Assembly (NCBI GenBank): GCA_018831265.1
Contig: JAHJCO010000041.1
Location: 33,700-97,699, forward strand
Length of the DNA stretch: 64,000 nucleotides
Reading direction: 5' to 3'
From: Actinomycetota bacterium
GTDB taxonomy: Bacteria > Actinomycetota > Geothermincolia > Fen-727 > Anoxymicrobiaceae
Shown: piece after piece, positions 42,804-51,910 of the stretch
Layout: every line of letters starts with the position of its first letter
How positions within the stretch are numbered: position 1 is the first letter of the stretch
The notes under the pieces: generated by a model
What the model was told of the DNA's origin: nothing
The model's database searches: none
What the model saw: only the letters and a program-made list of their open reading frames with translations
Program-made: the position numbers and the translations under genes

Positions 42804-44750
42804 CTAGAGCCCCAGCCTGGCCCTGTTCGCCTCAATGTGCGCGAGCATACCCTCCGCCGCCTCCGCCGCGTCGTTCTCGAGGTGGAGAACGCCACCTGTG
42901 ATCCCGGGCAGCTCCTCGGTCAGCATCCGGACCAGGTTGGGTGCGCCGGTGACGGTTGGCACGGGGTGCACGTATGTGTACAGCCCGAAAGCCAGCGCGA
43001 ACACGGCGTCGATCGTCGCCTTCTGCTCCATGTACTGCGGAGCGCAGGCCACCACGGGCAGGTCGGGTATCGGCACGCCGCCGAGAGCGTCCGAGACGGC
43101 GGCGATGAGGTCGGCCACCCTCCCGGTGTCCGTGCATGTGCCGTAGCTGAGCACCGGTGGGATCCCCAGCCCGGCGCAGAGCGCCTCGAGCCCCGGCCCC
43201 GCCTGCTCCGCGGCCTCGGGGAGGCACAGCCCCGCAACCTGGACCGCCCCGTTGCCGCACCCCATGGATAACACGAGGACGTCCCGCTTGATAAGCTCGC
43301 GGGCGACCGCCACCGTGTGCGAATCGTGCGCGTCGTCGCGGAGGGTCGTGCAGGACACCATCCCGGCCACGCCCCGGATGCCGCCACTCTTTATCGCGTC
43401 GAGCAACGGCTCGAGCGTGCCGCCGAGCGCCTCCAGGATGCTCTCCGTGGAGAATCCGACCACGACTTCGCCCATCGGTTGACCGGTGAAAGGCCGGATG
43501 GCGGCCTTACGCCCTCCGAAGTTCTCGACCGCCATCTCCAGCAGCCGGTCGGCCTGCGCCCCGGCCTCCTCGGGCACGTAGTCCAGCCGGTCGGATATAC
43601 CCTCGAACGCGACCAGGTCGCTCACCGGGATCAGCTTGAACCCGTACTTCTCCGCGTAGATCGGGTCTATGGGCATGGAGCAGTTCATGTCCGCCGCGAA
43701 CAGGTCCACGCATCCCGAGGCCATGACCGCCTCCTGCATTATCCAGTTGCCGGTGAACCCGTAGAAGACGTCGTCCATCTCCCAGCGCTGTATCATCTCC
43801 TGTCCGGTCTCGATGTTGGCGATCACCCGCAGGCCTTTCGCCCCGGCGGTCCTCGCCCGCTCCTGCCAGTGGGGAGACCTGGCCCTCTCGACCATGGCGA
43901 AGCCGAGGAAGGGCTCGTGCCCGTTGACCAGCACATTCACGTAGTCGGCGTCCAGCACGCCCAGGTCCACCCTCATCCGGTGAGGGCGTGGCACGCCGTA
44001 CAGGATGTCCATGCCGTACTCGTTGACTATCTGGCTCTGGTAGGCCATGGCTATGCCCATGCGCATGGCCTTGAGTGCCAGGCTCCGGTAGTAGCCGTCG
44101 ACGTTGGTCAGGCAGGAGCTGGTGGACTTCATCATCTCGCCGTAGATGCCGCCCGGGAAGATGTCCAGCTCCCTCCACAGTGCCTTGCGCTCGGGAGGGG
44201 CCAGTGCCTCGACCACGAGGCTCGGCCGGTCGGCCGGGCGGTTGAAGTCCTCGGTCACCAGGTCGCAGAAGCGCACCGCGACGTCGGGACCCGAGCCGCG
44301 GGTGTCAACGCCCAGTCGCGCCGCGAACGATTTGAGCTTGTCGGGCTCGCTTATCCTGTATGGCGCTTCCCCCAGGGCCGTGGCGCGCAGGGTCTTCACG
44401 GTCTGCTCCGTGTGGTAATGGTAGGTGGAGGCTCCCAGGACGTTTCGCAGGAGCATCATGCGCATCGCCATGCCGTCGGCGGTGATGCCGCACACGCCCC
44501 GCTTGTCCTTCTCAGCGTCGGAGCGGCAGGGCCCGTTGGAGCACAGGTCGCAGCGGGTCCCGGCCATGCAGAACGGGCAACGCTTGTCGGGTGCGCCGAT
44601 CCCCTGGGCCTCGTAGCGGTCCCATATGTTGGTGACGCCGTCCGGCTTTATGCGCTCGGCGTATATCCGGCGCACCGACTCGTGGTATGAGATCCTGTCT
44701 GAATCCATTTCTCCTCCCCGGAGACACTGTCGGTATTCATCGAGTTCCAT
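42804..44750 (-). CDS. cooS: anaerobic Ni-Fe carbon-monoxide dehydrogenase catalytic subunit (CooS/AcsA, prismane family)
   Basis: 648 aa. N-terminal cluster motif CPFCMAGTRCDLCSNGPCR...GVCGITADGMAMR is CooS-like. No cooF or cooC is adjacent. Confidence 0.85.
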   Translation of the reverse strand: MELDEYRQCLRGGEMDSDRISYHESVRRIYAERIKPDGVTNIWDRYEAQGIGAPDKRCPFCMAGTRCDLCSNGPCRSDAEKDKRGVCGITADGMAMRMMLLRNVLGASTYHYHTEQTVKTLRATALGEAPYRISEPDKLKSFAARLGVDTRGSGPDVAVRFCDLVTEDFNRPADRPSLVVEALAPPERKALWRELDIFPGGIYGEMMKSTSSCLTNVDGYYRSLALKAMRMGIAMAYQSQIVNEYGMDILYGVPRPHRMRVDLGVLDADYVNVLVNGHEPFLGFAMVERARSPHWQERARTAGAKGLRVIANIETGQEMIQRWEMDDVFYGFTGNWIMQEAVMASGCVDLFAADMNCSMPIDPIYAEKYGFKLIPVSDLVAFEGISDRLDYVPEEAGAQADRLLEMAVENFGGRKAAIRPFTGQPMGEVVVGFSTESILEALGGTLEPLLDAIKSGGIRGVAGMVSCTTLRDDAHDSHTVAVARELIKRDVLVLSMGCGNGAVQVAGLCLPEAAEQAGPGLEALCAGLGIPPVLSYGTCTDTGRVADLIAAVSDALGGVPIPDLPVVACAPQYMEQKATIDAVFALAFGLYTYVHPVPTVTGAPNLVRMLTEELPGITGGVLHLENDAAEAAEGMLAHIEANRARLGL

Positions 44751-44856
44751 GACAGGGAGGTCAGCCTGGCCGAGCCCTGTTTCCCCGACGAGGAATGATC
44801 CCCGGGTTTCCCCGGTCTATGAGCCGCCTCCTGCGGGCATCCGACCCGCGGCCGCG

Positions 44857-46551
44857 CTACTCCTTCCTGAGAACCTTCTTGTCGACCTTACCCACGGCGG
44901 TCAGCGGCAGCTCCTGCCTTATCTCGATCGTCTTGGGGACCTCGTAAGGTGTCAGCTTGTCCTTCGCCATCTTCATGATGTCCGCTTTCAGGCCCTCGTC
45001 GTCGCCCTGGAACTTGTTCCCGGGAACGGGTGTGACGAGGGCCTTCACGAGCTCCGACCCCGGACGCTCGGGATTGGGAACGCCGATGAGTGCGACCATG
45101 TCGACCGCGGGGTGCTCGGCGAGGACCTCCTCGACCTTCTTGGAGAACACCTTGAACCCGCTCACGATGATCATGTCCTTGGTCCGGTCCACGATCCTGA
45201 GGTAGCCCTCGGGGTCCTGCACCGCCACGTCACCGGTGTGCAGGTATCCCTCGGAGTCGAAGACGAGGGCCGTCTCCTCGGGCTTGTTGTAGTAACCGGG
45301 CATGACCATCGGCCCCTTGACGCAGATCTCGCCGGGCTCGCCGAGCGCGGCCTCCCTGCCGGTGTCGGGATCGATCAGCCTGATGTCGGTGTTGGGCAGC
45401 GGCAGGCCGATGCTGCCGAGCTTCTTCACTCCCCGGTACGGGTTCATCGCCGTCAGAGGGGAGGTCTCGGTCATCCCGTAGACCTCCATCAGCTTGCCTT
45501 TCCCCACGACGCTTTCGAGCTGCTTCTGGGACTCCTCGGGGAAGGGCGCGGCGGCGGTGACGCACACCTCGATGTTGGAGTGATCGAGCTCCATGAACTT
45601 CGGGTTTGCGATGAGCATCTGGAATAGTGAAGGAACGTTGACCAGCGCGGTCGGCCTGTACTTGGCCAGCTCCTTGCAGATGTGGTCGGTGTCCCTCGGG
45701 TTGGGGATGAGCACCTGGGTCCACCCCAGGTAGATGCAGTTCTCGTTGAAGAACAGTCCGGCCACGTGGAAGAACGGGAAGCCGGACAAGGCCACTCCCT
45801 TGCCCTTCTCCCAGCCCAGCCAATCCTGCACCAGCAGCAGGTCGGAGACCGCGTTCCTGTGCGTGAGCATGGCGCCCTTGGGGCTGCCGGTCGTTCCGCC
45901 GGTGTACTGGATGTAGGCTATGTCATCGGGAGTGATCTCCACGGTCGGATGCTCCGCCGAGTACTTCGGGTCACCGATGACCTCTTTCATGTCGACGACC
46001 GTCTTGCCGGGCAGGGGCGTGACCTGACCCGTGGGGATCTTCTTGAGCAGCTTGCCCAGGAACCTCTTTATCCAGGGCAGAAACCCCCCGACGCTGGCGG
46101 TCGCCACCAGCTTCAGGTCGGGGAGGTTGGAGCTTATGCCCACCAGCCTTCCGGCGAAGATGGCGTCGAGCGTTACCAGGGCCTTAGCGTTCACGTCGCT
46201 CAGCTGGTACTCCATCTCCTCGGCCGAGAGCAGCGGTGAGACGCCCGACACGACACAGCCTGCGCGCAGGGTGCCCAGCCAGGCAATGACGTACTCGGGG
46301 ATGTTGGGCAGGTTTATCCCGACGACGTCCCCCTTCTTCAGTCCGTTCTTGATGAGCATGTCGGCGAACCGGTTGGCGTAGCGGTCCAGGTCGCCGTAGG
46401 TGACCTCGACGCCCATGTATGCCAGGGCCGCCTTGTTGGGGAACTCCTTGAAGATCTGCTTCACCGCCTCGACGTAGGTCGTCTCCCAGCTCTCCGGGTC
46501 CAGGTCGGTGATGCCGGCATCGTAGGACTTGGTCCAAAACCGCTCTGCCAT
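44857..46551 (-). CDS. long/medium-chain acyl-CoA synthetase (AMP-binding family)
   Basis: 564 aa with QYTGGTTGSPKGAMLTHRN. Confidence 0.9.
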   Translation of the reverse strand: MAERFWTKSYDAGITDLDPESWETTYVEAVKQIFKEFPNKAALAYMGVEVTYGDLDRYANRFADMLIKNGLKKGDVVGINLPNIPEYVIAWLGTLRAGCVVSGVSPLLSAEEMEYQLSDVNAKALVTLDAIFAGRLVGISSNLPDLKLVATASVGGFLPWIKRFLGKLLKKIPTGQVTPLPGKTVVDMKEVIGDPKYSAEHPTVEITPDDIAYIQYTGGTTGSPKGAMLTHRNAVSDLLLVQDWLGWEKGKGVALSGFPFFHVAGLFFNENCIYLGWTQVLIPNPRDTDHICKELAKYRPTALVNVPSLFQMLIANPKFMELDHSNIEVCVTAAAPFPEESQKQLESVVGKGKLMEVYGMTETSPLTAMNPYRGVKKLGSIGLPLPNTDIRLIDPDTGREAALGEPGEICVKGPMVMPGYYNKPEETALVFDSEGYLHTGDVAVQDPEGYLRIVDRTKDMIIVSGFKVFSKKVEEVLAEHPAVDMVALIGVPNPERPGSELVKALVTPVPGNKFQGDDEGLKADIMKMAKDKLTPYEVPKTIEIRQELPLTAVGKVDKKVLRKE

Positions 46552-46698
46552 CTCGTTCCCCCCTTAATCGGTGACCCTGCCGCTACAGGGCAAGATTGTA
46601 CAACGCCCGGCCAGTCCAGTGAATAGCCTGGGGGTCAGGCACCATTCAATTCATTCGCGGGAGGGGGAGCAGGACGGAGCCAAACCTGATCCCGGTAA

Positions 46699-46753
46699 GT
46701 AGACTGACGTGTCAATCTCCTATATTGACATGTCAGTCTACCACCGCTATAAT
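46699..46753 (+). promoter_or_regulatory. sigma70-type promoter (TTGACA-17 nt-TATAAT) overlapped by an 18-bp inverted-repeat operator GTAGACTGACGTGTCAAT-N7-ATTGACATGTCAGTCTAC
   Basis: -35 TTGACA at 46725-46730 and -10 TATAAT at 46748-46753, about 35 nt upstream of the lipase start. The palindrome has one mismatch and sits in the divergent region with the acyl-CoA synthetase gene. Confidence 0.6.
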
Positions 46754-46788
46754 CATCGCAACCAGGAGGCAACAAGGGGCAGGGGGCG

Positions 46789-48129
46789 GTGCCAGTGAAT
46801 CGGTCCTTCAAGTCGGCGATAACCATCCTGATCGTCCTTGCGATGCTTGTGTGGCTGGTGCCCGCGGCGGTCGCGGCCCCCAGGCCGGACCCCTCCGCTC
46901 CGTACACCGCCAGGACGCAGGACGGCGTGACGCTCGCCCTCAAGCGTTACCTCCCCGCCTCCGGTGTGGCATTCCACACCGGGGCGCAACCTGTCATCCT
47001 AATGCCCGGCCTGGGATGCAACCTCAACTACTTCGATATAAGGACCCCTGCCGGAGAGTGTTACCGGTTGAAGCTCCCGGGCGAGTTGGCCTCGTGGGCC
47101 AGGAACGACCCGTACGTCGCGAAAGATCCCATGAAGTACTACAGCATGGCCCACTACCTGTGGAGCCAGGGGTACGACGTCTGGTGCGCCAACTACAGGG
47201 GCGAGGGCAGGCTGCCGTACCGTAGCGGCGGCGCTTATGGATACAGCATCGACGAGCTTGGCATCTACGACATGCGTGCGATAGTCGGTACGGTGTTCGA
47301 CAATACGGGCAGGCACCCGGTCTGGATCGGTCACAGCATGGGCTCGAGTATGGCCTACGAGTACCTGGAGGGTTGCCGGTTCGGCGGGGGCTGGAATCCC
47401 CACGTGGTATCGGACGCGGGCCTGACGGCCGAGCGGAACGGCGGCTCGGGACGCGAGGCGCTCAAAGGGTTCGTGGACCTGGACGGGCCCATGGTCCCGG
47501 TCATGAACTCGGTGCCCCAGGTGAAGCTCCTCTGGGTACCGCTGAGCCTTCCCGTGTATATCAACGTGCGTCCCATCGTAAAACTGTTCGGAGAGGTCGC
47601 GGCGCCGGTCTTCGAGGGGTTCGAGTACGTCGCCTGGTTCATCTGGAGCACCCTGGGCTCCCCGGACCTGGGCCTGATAAACAGCCTCTTCAGCATGAAC
47701 CCGGCCAACATGGACGTGGACGTGGCCCGGTACATGATCGAGTACTGCGTGGACGGCATGAGCACCAGGACGATCTCCCAGTACGCCGACGCCGGCGCGT
47801 TCGGCAAGTTCCGCGAGGACTACAAGAACGGCACCTGGAACGCCCTCAGGGTCGCCCCCGGCAGGCCGAGGTCGGGGGACGGTTACTACTACTACACGGA
47901 CAACCTGGCCAGGATAAGCCTGCCGGCCCTGGTCATCGCGGACGCGACCGAGGACGTCACGAGTCCCGGGGACATAGAGAACTTCTACAAGGGCAAGACC
48001 CGGAACGCGCTGGACGAGTTCTACGTCGCTCCCGACACCGCGCACGTGGACGTCGTCCTGGGGCTGAACGCTCCGACAACGACCTTCCCGAAGATCGGTG
48101 GCTGGCTCAAGAGGCTGGGCACGAACTAG
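46789..48129 (+). CDS. secreted alpha/beta-hydrolase (lipase/esterase)
   Basis: Signal peptide (GTG start) and nucleophile elbow GHSMGSS; 446 aa. Confidence 0.8.
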   Translation: MPVNRSFKSAITILIVLAMLVWLVPAAVAAPRPDPSAPYTARTQDGVTLALKRYLPASGVAFHTGAQPVILMPGLGCNLNYFDIRTPAGECYRLKLPGELASWARNDPYVAKDPMKYYSMAHYLWSQGYDVWCANYRGEGRLPYRSGGAYGYSIDELGIYDMRAIVGTVFDNTGRHPVWIGHSMGSSMAYEYLEGCRFGGGWNPHVVSDAGLTAERNGGSGREALKGFVDLDGPMVPVMNSVPQVKLLWVPLSLPVYINVRPIVKLFGEVAAPVFEGFEYVAWFIWSTLGSPDLGLINSLFSMNPANMDVDVARYMIEYCVDGMSTRTISQYADAGAFGKFREDYKNGTWNALRVAPGRPRSGDGYYYYTDNLARISLPALVIADATEDVTSPGDIENFYKGKTRNALDEFYVAPDTAHVDVVLGLNAPTTTFPKIGGWLKRLGTN

Positions 48130-48176
48130 ACACCACCCGGGGTGGCAAGAGGGGACCCGGCCCGACAGCAGGAGCG

Positions 48177-48210
48177 CGGACGGTGAGGATTCTCACCGTC
48201 CGTTTTCTTA
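48177..48210 (+). terminator. intrinsic terminator CGGACGGTGAG-GATTC-CTCACCGTCCG + TTTTCTTA
   Basis: Perfect 11-bp stem plus T-tract 48 nt after the lipase stop. Confidence 0.65.
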
Positions 48211-48283
48211 GGCGTTGACCCCGTGGCGGGCCCTCTCGATAATTGTGTGGGCCGGGACGGGTCTGAAAGAAGAAGGGTGGCAG

Positions 48284-49087
48284 TTGGCAAGTAGGGTGAC
48301 ACTGGATCGCGAGCAGCGGGAGCGACAGCTGCTCGACGTCGCGTGCGCGGTGTTCGCGGAGAAAGGGTACAGGTGCTCGAACGTTGCGGATATCGTCGAG
48401 CGGGCGGGAGTCTCCCGTGGCACGTTCTACCATTACTTCGAGTCCAGGGAGGCGATCTTCGCTCGGCTCCTGGAGGATTACTTCCAGCGCTTCGAGGCGA
48501 TCGTCGAAGCGAACCACGACAGGTTGATGGCGGCGATCCTGGGCGACGGCGACGTGATAGGAGCGTGGCGTGAGAACACCCTGGAGGTGCTACGCTTCCA
48601 CGCCGACAGGCCGGAGCTGACGACGTTGATATACCGCGAGGCGATAGGCCTGGGCCGGCCCTTCGCCAGACGGATGGACCGATTGACCGGGCTCTCCAAG
48701 CGCCGGCTGGCCGAGGAGTTCGGCGCCCTGTCGTCCCGGGGGATGATCGTCCCCTTCGATCTCGAACTGCTGCTGCTGATAGTGAACGGCAGCGTGCTGG
48801 GGCTGATCATGGAATGGGTGCTTGAGAAGAAGACGGAGGACCTGGAGACGCTCGCGGACAACTTCGTCCGGTACCACACCAGGGCGTTGTCGCCGATCCC
48901 GGCCGAGCCGCCGGCCGCGAGGGTGACTCCCACCACGGAACGTCGGTTGGGCGCGCCCGACAGGAGAGCCTCCGGGTCCGGGGACCGCAGGGAGTCCGGC
49001 AGGGGCCACCGGCGTGCCCCGGGCATGAGCGACCGCACAAAGGCCGAGCGCGAGATGAGGCGGGACGGCCGGGGGGGCTCGGAATGA
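48284..49087 (+). CDS. TetR-family transcriptional regulator with long disordered Arg/Gly-rich C-terminal tail
   Basis: HTH ...NVADIVERAGVSRGTFYHYFESREAIF. The start is uncertain: the ORF-table TTG at 48215 lies inside the upstream terminator, so TTG 48284 (AAGGGTGG upstream) or GTG 48296 are candidates. The stop overlaps the next TetR (ATGA). Confidence 0.7.
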   Translation: MASRVTLDREQRERQLLDVACAVFAEKGYRCSNVADIVERAGVSRGTFYHYFESREAIFARLLEDYFQRFEAIVEANHDRLMAAILGDGDVIGAWRENTLEVLRFHADRPELTTLIYREAIGLGRPFARRMDRLTGLSKRRLAEEFGALSSRGMIVPFDLELLLLIVNGSVLGLIMEWVLEKKTEDLETLADNFVRYHTRALSPIPAEPPAARVTPTTERRLGAPDRRASGSGDRRESGRGHRRAPGMSDRTKAEREMRRDGRGGSE

Positions 49088-49755
49088 ACGAAGTACACGA
49101 GCCTGACTCCAGACCCGGCCGGGAGGAGCGCCGGGAGCGGATAATGAAGTCGGCCGCGACGGTGTTCGCGTCGAAGGGTTTCGAGTCATCGACCATCACC
49201 GACATCATCCAGGCGGCCGGCGTCGCCAGGCGGACCTTCTACAACTACTTCGAATCGAAGAAGGAAGTCTTCCTGAAGCTGGTCGAGGCATACTTCGATG
49301 GCTACACCACCGTCCTCGGCCGGGGGTATGACAACCTCGTACTGGTGCTGGAGCGGGACCCGTCCGGGACCATAGACGCCTGGCGCGAGCTGGTGCTCTC
49401 CATCCTGGAGTTCCACAACGAGAACCGGGAGCTCACCGTGCTGGTGTGGCGGGAGGCGCAGGCGGAGGACGAGCACTTCACGGCCAGGGTGCAGGAGCTC
49501 ATCCGGATGGCGCGAGAGCGGGTGGTGGAGGAGTTCAGGCTGATGGCCGACAAGGGCCTGCTGGTGGACCTGGACGTCGAGCTGGCCACCACCATCATCA
49601 ACAGCGCCGTCATGACCATCGTGCTCGACCACGTGCTGCGGAAGGACGACCTCGACCTGAGAGCGATCGCGGACCAGCTGGTGCGCTACCAGGCGCGCGC
49701 CCTGGCGCCCGACCGCTCAGTGGTCGACCAGGCCTTCGGAAGCCAGGTCTATTAA
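49084..49755 (+). CDS. TetR-family transcriptional regulator
   Basis: ...ITDIIQAAGVARRTFYNYFESKKEVF HTH; 223 aa. Confidence 0.85.
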   Translation: MNEVHEPDSRPGREERRERIMKSAATVFASKGFESSTITDIIQAAGVARRTFYNYFESKKEVFLKLVEAYFDGYTTVLGRGYDNLVLVLERDPSGTIDAWRELVLSILEFHNENRELTVLVWREAQAEDEHFTARVQELIRMARERVVEEFRLMADKGLLVDLDVELATTIINSAVMTIVLDHVLRKDDLDLRAIADQLVRYQARALAPDRSVVDQAFGSQVY

Positions 49756-49843
49756 ACGACAGGTTGGCTCGCACCACGTCACGGCTGCAATTGGTCGACC
49801 TACATTCACAGCGAAAAGGATTCTGACGGAACCCGATATGCCG

Positions 49844-49915
49844 TGAAAGAAAACCTCAGACCATTTCTTTCATCCGATGGTCCTCTGAGAGAAAACCTCT
49901 GAGGTATTTTTTCAC
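49844..49915. repeat. GTGAAAGAAAACCTCAGACCATTTCTTTCATCC element + adjacent variant GAGAGAAAACCTCTGAGGTATTTTTTCAC
   Basis: Between the TetR stop and the glycoside-hydrolase lipoprotein start. Confidence 0.75.
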
Positions 49916-49982
49916 CTGCCTTTAACGCGGCATAAACACGCGCGCGGGACAATGACTTCGATGGTCGGATGAAGGGACGACG

Positions 49983-51053
49983 ATGGGGCGAGGATGGTCA
50001 TTCGCGGCGGTGGTCCTGGTGGCGATGCTGTCGCTGGTCTGCCTCGCCGGTTGCGGTAACCCGACGGCCGGGACCGACGCCGGCATGGACCCGGGCCTGT
50101 TCGGTATCCACCTGAGCAACAGGCTCGGCACCGGGTACGACGAGACTTTCGCGGCCTTCAGCGAGCTGGGCGCGACCTGGGTGAGGACGAGCATACCCTG
50201 GGAGAAGGTAGAGCCCGAGAACGGGGCGTTCGACTGGGAGAACACGGACAGGATGGTCGAAGCGGCTTCTGAGCACGATATCCACCTGCTGATAACGATC
50301 CGCGCGCTCAGTACCTGGGGCTGCTCCCGCGTGCCGGCGAACTGGTCGAAGCCGGGATATCACGCCGCGGTCCCCCCGGCGGACATGGCCGAGTACGAGG
50401 AGTTCGTCCGGGCGTTCGTGGGAAGGTACTCGGGACGCGGCGTCGCCTGGCAGATCGACAACGAGCCGAACGCGAAGGCGTTCTGGGACGGAACGATGCA
50501 GGAGTACTTGGCACTGCTCGAAGCGGGGTACACCGCGGCTCACGAGGCTGACCCGGGTGCGGTGGTCCTTCCGGCCGGGCTGGCATGCGGGTTCTCGCTG
50601 ACCGGTTACCCAGAGGAGAAGCGCGACCGGATCGGGGACTGGTTCACCGCGATCCTGGACACGGAGGCACACGACGCGCTGGACATGCATGACTACTACC
50701 CGGCCGAAGGGGCAAACCCCTGGGGCATAGCCTTCGGCGAATACATAGACTGGCACCGTGTGTGGATGGATGAACGGTCGGTGGACGCGCCGCTCTGGAT
50801 GAGCGAGGCGGGGGTGCCCAGTGAGCCAATCACCATCGGCGGACGGGAGATCGGCCACACGGAGTCGCGGCAGGCATCAGGCCTGGAAGCTATTTACGAG
50901 ACCTCCGCCTCGAAAGGGATCGCGCACGTATTCTGGTTGAAGCTGGTCGACACCGACGAGTACTCGTTCTCCTCGATGGGGCTGATGACCGACGATCTCG
51001 TGAAGAAGCCGGCGTGGGAGTCGTACCGGGACCTGGCGAAGAGCGACCTTTAG
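49983..51053 (+). CDS. lipoprotein glycoside hydrolase ((beta/alpha)8 barrel, GH5/GH39-like, NEP catalytic motif)
   Basis: Lipobox VCLAGCG; ...WQIDNEPN... acid/base motif; 356 aa. Confidence 0.65.
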   Translation: MGRGWSFAAVVLVAMLSLVCLAGCGNPTAGTDAGMDPGLFGIHLSNRLGTGYDETFAAFSELGATWVRTSIPWEKVEPENGAFDWENTDRMVEAASEHDIHLLITIRALSTWGCSRVPANWSKPGYHAAVPPADMAEYEEFVRAFVGRYSGRGVAWQIDNEPNAKAFWDGTMQEYLALLEAGYTAAHEADPGAVVLPAGLACGFSLTGYPEEKRDRIGDWFTAILDTEAHDALDMHDYYPAEGANPWGIAFGEYIDWHRVWMDERSVDAPLWMSEAGVPSEPITIGGREIGHTESRQASGLEAIYETSASKGIAHVFWLKLVDTDEYSFSSMGLMTDDLVKKPAWESYRDLAKSDL

Positions 51054-51056
51054 CCC

Positions 51057-51737
51057 TCAGCGGGCGCCCTTGCGCGTGGCCTTGCCCTTCCTGTCCCGGG
51101 GCTCCACGCCCGTCCACAGGACGTCCAGGAAGACCTTGATCATGTCGACCATGCCGCGCATCGGCACGTCCGGGCCGGGCGGGAAGACGGTCATCGGGGA
51201 TATGACCATCGAGTTGATCATCATGGCCAGGAGCATTACCGGGATGTCATCCCGCACCTCGCCCTTCTCCAGACCCCGCGCAAGCACGCCCGCCACAAGA
51301 TCGAGGAAGGTGGGGATCCCCTCGCCCAGCATCGCCTCGAAGCGCCTGCGGTCCCGGGCGACCTCCCGCAGCACGGCCGCGTAGAGGTGCGGCGGAGCGT
51401 TGGTGTCGGCCATCGCGGTGTAACCGGCGAAAAGGATCTCCTTGGTGCCCATGTCCGGGTCCCGCTCGGACTCCTCGATCGCACGGCGCACCCGCCCGAA
51501 CTCGCCGGCGGCTATGGACAGGAGCACATCCTCCTTGCGCGGGAAGTAGTGGAAGAAGGTCCCCCTGCTGACTCCCGCCTTCTCGATGATGTCCTCTATC
51601 CTCGCTCCCTCGACGGTGTCGCGGGAGAACACGCTCACCGCGGCGTCGATGAGCTTCTGCCGCGTATCCACGCCTCTCTGCTGGCGGGGACGCGCGCCGA
51701 ACGGCGGGGCCGGCTTACCGGGCTTTCTCTCAGGCAA
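51057..51737 (-). CDS. TetR-family transcriptional regulator
   Basis: ...IEDIIEKAGVSRGTFFHYFPRKEDVL HTH. Confidence 0.85.
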   Translation of the reverse strand: MPERKPGKPAPPFGARPRQQRGVDTRQKLIDAAVSVFSRDTVEGARIEDIIEKAGVSRGTFFHYFPRKEDVLLSIAAGEFGRVRRAIEESERDPDMGTKEILFAGYTAMADTNAPPHLYAAVLREVARDRRRFEAMLGEGIPTFLDLVAGVLARGLEKGEVRDDIPVMLLAMMINSMVISPMTVFPPGPDVPMRGMVDMIKVFLDVLWTGVEPRDRKGKATRKGAR

Positions 51738-51875
51738 TATTCATCGCGTCCTTTGAGGGCGGTCGGATAAGTACCAATACATAGAGCATGGTATGGGTTT
51801 TGATGAAATTATTCAAACGCCAGGAGGAGCTCAGACTCATTCCGTCATCGTCGATCGACCGCTTTGAGGCTTCCG

Positions 51876-51908
51876 ATGAAAGAAATGGTCTGAGGTATTC
51901 TTTCAGTC
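51876..51908. repeat. reverse-orientation copy of GAAAGAATACCTCAGACCATTTCTTTCATCGG
   Basis: In the promoter region of TetR 51057-51737. Confidence 0.75.
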
Positions 51909-51910
51909 AG

